In this document: piece after piece, positions 25,000 to 32,000 of the stretch
Numbering within the stretch: the first letter of the stretch is position 1
Layout of the letters: every line of letters begins with the position of its first letter
Assembly (NCBI GenBank): GCA_963843975.1
Contig: CAWJMG010000001.1
Location: 1,080,001 to 1,112,000 of the forward strand
Direction of reading: 5' to 3'
Length of the DNA: 32,000 bases
Origin: an uncultured Actinomycetes bacterium
Lineage (GTDB): Bacteria > Actinomycetota > Actinomycetes > S36-B12 > CAIYMF01
Translations under genes and position numbers: made by a program
The notes under the pieces: model-generated
Told to the model about the DNA's origin: nothing
The model's database searches: none
What the model saw: only the letters and a program-made list of their open reading frames with translations

Positions 25000-26327
25000 G
25001 CGACATGCAGAACGACTCGGACGGCTCGTCGTCGCCGCTGCTCGGTCGTCGGGCGCTGCTGCGCGGCGGTGCGGTGCTCGCCGCAGGCGCGGCGACGGGA
25101 GGCTGGCTCCTCAGCCGTGGTGCGGCCGACGCCGCGATCGTGCGCAACGCGGTCCCGGCCGTCTACCGCGCGCCCGGCCCGCGCGAGCAGCTGCTGCACC
25201 TTGCGGCGACCGACGGATGGGTGTCCATGCCTGCCGACGCACCGCCGGTCGGGGCCTTCTGGCCGGACACCCTCGCGCCGACGGGCTACAACGTCTACGC
25301 ATTCGGGTTCCGCGACGTCACCGGCATGACCCCCACCCAGGTCCTGGCTCAGAAGGAGCGGGCGCAGATCTCTGCTCCCATCCTCGGGTTCGACCAGTAC
25401 GTGAAGGCGAAGGACAACGCCGTCCGCGTGACGCTGTCGAACCTGGGTCTCGCCGTGCGCCCCGACCTGGTGGACGGCCACACGATCCACTGGCACGGCT
25501 TCACCAACGCCATCCCGCTGTTCGACGGCGTCCCCGAGCTGTCGATCTCCGTGCCGATCGGACGCGACTTCACGTACTACTACCGCCCGCACCTGCCCGG
25601 CACGTACATGTACCACTGCCACTTCGAAGACGTGGAGCACGTGCAGATGGGCATGACCGGAGTCCTGTACGTCCGGCCGGAGCGCAACACCATCAGCCAG
25701 AAGTTCGCGTACGACCACGACGCGACGGCGTACGAGCGGGAGTTCACCTTTATGCTCACCGAGCTCTGGGCCGAGGGTCACTACCGGGACGCGCACATCC
25801 AGACGTCGGACTGGACCGACTACAAGCCGAGCTTCTGGCTCATGAACGGCCGCGCCTACCCCGACACGCTCAAGCCCAACATCAACCCCATGGACTCGAG
25901 GCCGGACACCAACCCGGCGCTGCAGTCGGACTCCGGCGCATCGCTGCGCTACAACCCGATCTCGTCGCTCGTGCGGTGCAACGCCGGCGACCGCGTGCTG
26001 CTGCGCATCGCGAACCTCGGGTACCAGCACCACGCGATGACCCTCGACGGCATCCCGATGAAGGTGGTCGCCAAGGACGCGAGCCCCCTGATCGGAAACG
26101 GTCCGGATCTCACCTACGAGACGAACACCGTCGAGGTCGGCCCCGGTGAGAGCAGGGATGTGATCTTCACGGCTCCTGCAGTCGCGTCCACCACGACCTT
26201 CCGCCTGTACGACCGCAACTACGCCTACCTGAGCAACGCGGGCGCTGCGGGGTACGGCGGTCAGATGACCGAGGTGCGCGTGTCCCCCACAGGGACCTTC
26301 GGCCCCCAGACCGGCCCGAACCAGTGA
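24996..26327 (+). CDS. Two-domain multicopper-oxidase-like protein 1 (Tat signal; domain 1 carries a complete T1 site plus two HxH pairs; domain 2 is ligand-poor)
   Basis: 443 aa. Twin-arginine motif GRRALLRGG. HTIHWHG at 25479-25499. HCHFEDVEHVQMGM at 25614-25655. Second cupredoxin domain has only QHHAMTLDG. ATGA overlap with the giant gene stop. Confidence 0.8.
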   Translation: MSDMQNDSDGSSSPLLGRRALLRGGAVLAAGAATGGWLLSRGAADAAIVRNAVPAVYRAPGPREQLLHLAATDGWVSMPADAPPVGAFWPDTLAPTGYNVYAFGFRDVTGMTPTQVLAQKERAQISAPILGFDQYVKAKDNAVRVTLSNLGLAVRPDLVDGHTIHWHGFTNAIPLFDGVPELSISVPIGRDFTYYYRPHLPGTYMYHCHFEDVEHVQMGMTGVLYVRPERNTISQKFAYDHDATAYEREFTFMLTELWAEGHYRDAHIQTSDWTDYKPSFWLMNGRAYPDTLKPNINPMDSRPDTNPALQSDSGASLRYNPISSLVRCNAGDRVLLRIANLGYQHHAMTLDGIPMKVVAKDASPLIGNGPDLTYETNTVEVGPGESRDVIFTAPAVASTTTFRLYDRNYAYLSNAGAAGYGGQMTEVRVSPTGTFGPQTGPNQ

Positions 26328-26341
26328 GGAGGGCGGCAACC

Positions 26342-27680
26342 ATGCGAGCACTGTCCTGGAGCCCGGCCCGCACCGCGGCGCTCGCCGTGGTCACGATGAC
26401 CACTGCCCTGCTCGTCTCGGCCGGCCTCGCCGGCCAGGCTCAGGCCGCGTCCGACGAGGGCCTCGTGTGCGAGACGAGCGCGACCAACTCGTTCAACCTC
26501 ACCGCGACCAGCGGCTACATCCTCACGCCCGACGGCAACTCCATCTTCATGTGGGGCTATGCCGGTCCGAGCGGGACCTTCCAGCTTCCCCGGGCCGACG
26601 CTCTGCGTCGCCGAGGGCGCGACCGTGACGGTCACGCTGAAGAACCAGCTGCGCGAGCCGGTCTCGATCGTGTTCCCCGGTCTCACCGGTGTGAACGCGG
26701 ACGGGCAGCCCGCGCAGCCGACGTTCGACACGGCGGGGAAGCTCACCTCGCTGACGAAGGCGGCCGCCGCATCAGGCGGGACCGTGACCTACTCCTTCGT
26801 GGCCTCGCGACCGGGCACGTTCCTGTACGAGTCCGGCACCGACGTCGCCAAGCAGGTCCAGATGGGCCTGTACGGAGCCCTCGTCGTCCGCCCGGCGATC
26901 AACGGCACGATCATCGACGGCCAGGCGTACGACGACCCGGCGTCGAAGTTCGACCAGGGCCACGAGTACCTGCACCTGCTGTCGGAGATCGACCCGGCGT
27001 TCCACCTCGCGGTCGAGCGCAACCGGGCCTTCGACCTCGTCAACCTCCGCAGCCGCTACTTCCTCATCAACGGCCGCAGCATGCCGGACACCATCGCGCC
27101 GAACGGCGCTGCCTGGCTGCCGGCGCAGCCGTACGGATCGCTGATCCACATCCTTCCCAAGCCGGCCAACGCCGGCCCCGCGTATCGACCAGCGCTCATC
27201 CGCTACCTCAACGCCGGCACCGGGACGTACCCGTTCCACCCCCACGGCAACGACCAGCGCGTGGTGGGCAAGGACGGCTACGGGCTCATCGCCACCGGGA
27301 GCGGCGACTCCAGCTACGAGAAGTTCCTCATCGACATCGGCCCGGGCCAGACCGTCGACACCACGCTCGAGTGGAGCAACGAGGAGAACTACGCCCCGGA
27401 CACCGACCCGAACGACGGCGTCAACACCGACATCCCTGTCGACCTTCCAGCTCTCAACGACCAGATCATCACGCCGGACACGTGGTTCAGCGAGAGCCCC
27501 TACCTCGGGTTCACCGCCGACCTGCCGCCGAACGTGACGTCCAACAACCAGTGCGGCGAGTACTACCACGTGGCCCACAGCCACGCGCTGCAGCAGGCAA
27601 CGAACTACGGCGCGACCTTCGGCGGGATGATGACCCTCATCCGCATCGACCCGCCGGCCGGCTGCCCGGTGACGCCATGA
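26342..27680 (+). pseudogene. Two-domain multicopper-oxidase-like protein 2 (Sec signal; domain 1 ligand-less; domain 2 keeps HPH and HSH pairs but has lost the T1 His and Cys), apparent +1 frameshift near 26582-26591
   Basis: GAGGAGGG RBS and ATG at 26342. Signal ...AGLAGQAQA. The N-terminal 83 codons are in frame 2 (…GTFQLP) and the remainder in frame 0 (GPTLCVAEGATVTVTL…). YPFHPHG (His-Pro-His-Gly at 27237-27248) and HVAHSH at 27567-27584. Confidence 0.8.
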
Positions 27681-30408
27681 GCAACGGGACCGAGAGCGGG
27701 ACGACCATGAACTCACGACAGCGCTCGAGCCGTGCCCTGGCCATCGTGGCCGGCGGATCGCTCCTCCTCGCAGGGGTTGCCGCGGTGCCGCCGATCGCCG
27801 CCGCCCAGGCCGGTGCTGCGGCGCCGGCCCGGGTCGCGGCGGCAGTGCACCCCGCAGCAGTGCTCGTGCCGAGCACGGGAACTGCCTGCGTGGCCGGCAC
27901 CGGCACGCGGGTGTGCGACCTGTGGGCGCGCACCGGCGTGAACGCGGGGCCGGGTGCGCTCACCGGCGTCTCGTTCTGGAGCTACACCAGTGCAGCTGCC
28001 GACCCCGTCGGCACCACCGGGCCGACGCTCGTCGTGCAGCAGGGGGAGAGCGTCACGCTCCGGCTGCACAACCGGCTCGGCACGGGGCGCATCACGTCGC
28101 TCGCGATGCCGCAGGTCGACAGCTTCACCGAGGACACCACGGGCGTCGCGGACCTCGCCGACAAGGACTACACGTTCACGGCCACGCGTCCGGGCACGTA
28201 CCTCTACGAGGCCGGCGGCACGACCGACGGCGCGCGCCAGACCGCGCTGGGCATGGTCGGCGCCCTGGTCGTCGTGCCCACCGCCGCGCCGACCACCTAC
28301 ACGGACGAGGCCGTCGCTCTGCTCACCGACGTCGACCCCGGGCTGCACGCCAACCCGGCGACGTACGACATGCGCAACTACAACCCCCGCGTCCACCTCG
28401 TCAACGGCGCGACGTTCCCGTCGACGACGAACCTCCCCGTCACGGCAGGCAGCAACGCGTTGCTGCGCGTCGTGAACGGCGGAGTCGTCCAGCACGCGAT
28501 CGGCATCCTCGGGACGAACCAGAGGGTCGTCGCCGTCTCCTCCCGCACCCTCAGCCACCCGTACGGCGTGGCGGCCGAGAACGTCGCCGCCGGTGACACG
28601 CTCGACCTGCTCGTGTCGGTCCCGGCCGCCACGACCGCCGGGCTGAAGTACGCCGTGTACGACGCCTCCACGAGGCTCGACAGCAGCACGGGGGCCGCGA
28701 CCGGCATCGTGCCGTTCGGCGGAGCGCTGACGTTCCTCGACACCGGCTCGGCCGTCGCGACGAGCCCGGGGCCGAGCATCACCGGCCTCGTCGTCACCCC
28801 GGCCCGGTCCAACGGCTCGGCGTCGCTCACCTTCACGGGCACCGCCGGGATCACCGGCGACCCCGCGGTCACCGGCCTCGAGTACGTCGTGGACAACGGC
28901 GCGATCGCGACCGGATCGGGCACGGCGGTCGCGGGGGGCACCGGTCCCGTGACCGGCACCTTCTCGGCCACCGGTCTCGCCACCGGGTCGCACACGCTGC
29001 TGCTCCGCGCGAACAGCGCCGCGGGCTGGGGACCGTTCGCGGCCGCCACGTTCGTGGTCGACCGCACCGGCCCCGTCGCCTCGGGCGTCGGACTCAGCAG
29101 GCCGTCGGTCGGGAAGCTCGACGGTCTCGACCTCCGTCACGGTCAGCGCGAGCGCCTCGGACAGCACCACGGGCGGCAGCAACGTGACCGCGGCGACGTA
29201 CTCGATCGACGGAGGGCCGACTCAGCCGCTGACGCTCGCCCCCGGGCCGGCGGTCACGGTCTCGCTGAGCGGGACGATCGCGAAGTCCGTCGTCGACGGG
29301 CTCCTCGAGGGCAAGCACACGATCTCCGTGGTCGCGTCCGACCAGTTCGCCAACGTGGGCACTGCGGCGACCGCGGTGCTCCTCGTGGACCGCACCACCC
29401 CGACCGTCTCGGGTGTCACGGTGAGCCCGTCGCCGAACAACGGCGCCCAGGGCACACCTGCCGACCCGACCTCGGTCGAGGTCCGGGCGTCGTTCGCCGA
29501 CGCCTCCGCGGGCACAGCGCCCGGCGGCCCTGCTGCCAGCGGGGTCGTGTCCGGCGAGGGCTTCCTCGGCGGGACCACCGCGGGCACTCCGGGCACCGGG
29601 TTCCTGCTGACGCCCTACCCGACGGGCAGCCCCACCCAGCTGCTCGGCACCTTCCCGGTCTCGGAGCTCACGAGGTTCCCCGACGGACCGCTGACGGTGT
29701 GGGTGCGGGCCAAGGACGCCGCAGGCAACTGGGGCACCGCGGTCGCAGGCACGCTGGTCATCCAGCGCGACGCGATCTTCGCCAGCGCGTTCGACAGCCC
29801 GACGACGCTCGTCCCACCGTGGTCGAGCCAGGTTACGTCGAGCGGCCTCACCGTCGCGAACGCCGTGTCCGGCACGTCGCGCCAGCTGGTCGTCACCCGC
29901 TCGGGGTCGTTCTCGAACAACTCTCGCGGCTACGTCGTGACGACGGCACCGTCGGCCGAGACGAAGTACAAGGCGGCGTTCCAGTTCACGCCGGGCACCC
30001 TCACCACGGGCTCGTCGACCAACAACGCCCGCATCCTCACCATCTTCGCGGCAAGGACGGGGGCGGGGACGAACGCGCTCACCGTGCAGTACCGGTCCTT
30101 CGGTACGTCGCGTCAGGTGCGGATGCAGGTGGCCACGGCGACCGGGGCGAAGCTCGACCGCCTGGACGACGCTCGCCACGGGCAACGGCCCGGTCACCCT
30201 GCACCTCACGTGGGTGTCGGCGGCCTCGGCCACGGCGACGTTCACGATCGGCAGCACCGCGGTGCCGTCGCTCACCGGGCTGAACACGAGCGGCAACACC
30301 ATCGAGACGGCCTGGCTCGGCGTCTCTGCGTCGTCCGGCAGCGGGACGGTCTCGACCGGATCGCTCGCCTTCGACAACTTCGACTCGCGGCGCACCACCG
30401 CCCCGTGA
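27677..30408 (+). pseudogene. Cupredoxin-pair protein 3: signal peptide, two ligand-less MCO-like cupredoxin domains, Ig-like repeats and a C-terminal beta-sandwich-like domain; two apparent +1 frameshifts (about 29113 and about 30149)
   Basis: ATGA overlap with the protein 2 stop. GPTLVVQQGESVTLRLHN, PGTYLYEAGG...ALGMVGALVVVP and VNGATFP...LLRVVNGG are paralogous to proteins 1 and 2. VDRTGPVASGV / VDRTTPTVSGV Ig-like repeat starts. The reading frame moves 2 to 0 to 1, ending at TGA 30406-30408. Confidence 0.75.
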
Positions 30409-30425
30409 CCGACAAGGAGAACCCG

Positions 30426-30902
30426 ATGGCCACCACCGAAGGTCGCGGCACCAACCCGTTCCGGCGGCACGCCCGCGCGCTTGCCGCCGCGACAGGGCTC
30501 GCGCTCTGCCTCGGCATCGCCGGCGCCGTAGCTGCCGAGGCGGGCAAGCGCCCGACCCGGCCGTCCATGCCGGTCAGCAGCGAGGTCGAGACGAACGCGG
30601 GGGTCCGCGTCATCCGGGCCAGCCTCGCAGCCGACGGCGGACTGCTCGACGTGCGGTACGTCGTCCTCAACGCGCCGCGGGCGCAGAAGTGGATGGCGGA
30701 CACCTCCCAGCCTCCGGCGCTGTACGACCAGAGGAACAAGGCCACGATCGCCCGCGTCGCGCCTATGCGTGACGCGCACCAGCAGCGGCCGGGTCAGACC
30801 TACTACCTCGTCTACCAGAACGTTCGGAACACGATCCACCGCGGAGACCGGATCGACCTGACCGTGGCCGGCGTGACCCTGCACGACATCCCGGTGGAGT
30901 GA
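30426..30902 (+). CDS. Small secreted or membrane-anchored hypothetical protein (158 aa)
   Basis: AAGGAGA RBS. N-terminal FRRHARALAAATGLALCLGIAGAVAA hydrophobic segment. Family not recognised. Confidence 0.6.
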   Translation: MATTEGRGTNPFRRHARALAAATGLALCLGIAGAVAAEAGKRPTRPSMPVSSEVETNAGVRVIRASLAADGGLLDVRYVVLNAPRAQKWMADTSQPPALYDQRNKATIARVAPMRDAHQQRPGQTYYLVYQNVRNTIHRGDRIDLTVAGVTLHDIPVE

Positions 30903-30910
30903 GAGCGACC

Positions 30911-32000
30911 ATGTCCGCACGTCGCGCCTGGGCGCGCCTCAGCCTCGCGGCGGCTGCCGTCGTCGTGGGTCTGACGCTGTCAGCCGCTCCCGCGTCGGCC
31001 CACGCCGTCCTCATCGGGAGCAACCCGGCGGACGGGTCGAGCCTCGACTCTGCTCCCCAGGAGCTCGTCCTCACCTTCGACGAGGCGGTCACGGTCGAGA
31101 GCACGGTCGTGCACCTGCTCGACGAGTCCGGCCGGACGCTCGAGGTCGGCGCCATCGCCGCCGGCGACGGTTCCGGCGAGGAGGAGGCCGAGGCGATCAG
31201 CGCCCAGCTGCCGCAGCTTCCCGAACGGCCGCTATCTCATCCGGTGGCAGACGATCACGAGCGACGACTTCCACCCGGTCGACGGGTCGCTGACGTTCGG
31301 GGTCGGAACCGGCGTCGGGGTCACGGCTGTCGGCGGCACCAGTGAGCGACCCGTGGGCGATGTCCTCGAGACGCTGACCCGGGGGACGGTCGTGGCCGGC
31401 TACATGCTCGCTGTCGGTGCCCTGGCACTCCTTCTGCTCGCGCACCCGCTGCTCGCCGCGCGTCCCATCGCGCTGCGCTTCGTGGTGCGGGCCTGCATGG
31501 TCGGCGTCGTCACGTCGATCGGAGGCCTCGCCCTGCTCGCGGCGCTGCTGACCCTCGACACCGGTGCGGCTCCGCCGACGTCGTTCCTCCTCTACTGGGG
31601 CGCTGCGGCGGCCGGGCTGCTCGTCCTCGGCATCAACGCGAGCGCCATCGACCGGCTGCACGGCACCCGCGCGCCCCGTCCGGCAGCAGCCGCGACGGCA
31701 GTGCTCGCGGCGCTCGCAACCGCTTGGGGCGTCGGCCATCTCGGGCACGGCGGTGCTGCCGCAGGCTCGGCGCTGTCCACCGTGCACGTCGCCGCGACCG
31801 CCGTGTGGGCGGGCGGCGTCGCCCTGCTCGTCCCCCTGGCCTTCTTCGCCGGGCGCGACGGTCAGAGCGGCTGGGCCCGCGACGTCATCAAGCGGTTCGG
31901 GCGCCTCGCGGTGCCGGCACTCGCGCTGTCGATCATGAGCGGTGCGCTGCTCGCCCGCGGACTCGTCCCCACCTGGGGTGGCCTCACCGAGACCGCGTAC
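30911..32000 (+). pseudogene. CopC-CopD fusion copper transport/resistance protein (YcnJ-like), apparent +1 frameshift near 31214-31223; 3' end runs off the window
   Basis: Signal ...SAAPASA followed by HAVLIGSNPADGSSLDSAPQELVLTFDEAV (CopC N-terminal His motif). After the shift, NGRYLIRWQTITSDDFHPVDGSLTFGV (CopC end), then multiple TM helices with VHVAATAVWAGGV (CopD-like). The frame stays open to position 32000. Confidence 0.8.

Noticed and set aside
26324-30283. 1319-aa ORF suggesting one huge protein across proteins 2 and 3
   Set aside because: It is an out-of-frame read-through over most of protein 2 (Arg-rich) that re-enters the real frame only for protein 3 and leaves it again after about 29110. 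The real genes are delimited by signal peptides, an RBS and ATGA overlaps.
9769-31223. Programmed ribosomal frameshifting as an explanation for the seven frame changes
   Set aside because: There are no X-XXY-YYZ slippery heptamers and no downstream pseudoknot-like structures at the sites. The affected genes are unrelated housekeeping-type enzymes that are single-frame in every family I know.
17402-32000. Genomic island or mobile-element origin for the copper/oxidase locus
   Set aside because: There is no integrase, transposase, flanking tRNA or terminal direct repeat in the window. Base composition and codon style look the same as in the left half. This cannot be excluded without the downstream flank.

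Overview
This is a very GC-rich, actinobacterial-type chromosomal segment with GC-saturated third codon positions and many GC-driven spurious ORFs on both strands. I support about 30 real genes. I saw no rRNA, tRNA, CRISPR array, transposase or integrase. All family calls come from motifs read by eye in the ORF track, because no searches could be run.

Left part (1-17.4 kb):
- A non-coding repeat tract ending in a strong hairpin.
- A deazaflavin-dependent nitroreductase-family gene and a GlsB/YeaQ/YmgE stress protein.
- A CUT1 sugar ABC importer (binding protein plus two permeases) preceded by a CebR-type operator.
- Esterase, VOC, MarR and DUF2249 genes.
- A translationally coupled PAP2 phosphatase and DAG-kinase-like lipid kinase pair.
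- A lactonase / FAH-hydrolase / Zn-ADH / SDR operon that looks like a non-phosphorylative sugar-acid route.
- A PadR plus membrane-protein pair with a perfect 22-bp operator.
- An ArsR-SulP operon.

Right part (17.4-32 kb), the most interesting region:
- An OmpR-type two-component system.
- A tightly packed, same-strand secreted locus: a 1795-aa beta-helix/SdrD-like giant protein, three tandem paralogous two-domain cupredoxin (multicopper-oxidase-like) proteins, a small secreted protein, and a CopC-CopD fusion.

The copper ligands are partitioned among the three cupredoxin paralogues. Protein 1 domain 1 keeps a full T1 site plus two HxH pairs. Protein 2 domain 2 keeps only two HxH pairs. Protein 3 keeps none. 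Together they supply exactly one laccase-type catalytic set, which suggests an obligate hetero-oligomeric, ceruloplasmin-like oxidase.

Second notable observation: seven genes or gene segments are interrupted by frameshifts. Every one needs a single base to be skipped, and the sites fall in three pairs of identical 9-10-nt contexts around a GAGCTC/CAGCTC-like core. That pattern looks non-random. It must be resolved as sequencing artefact or real scars before these genes are called dead.
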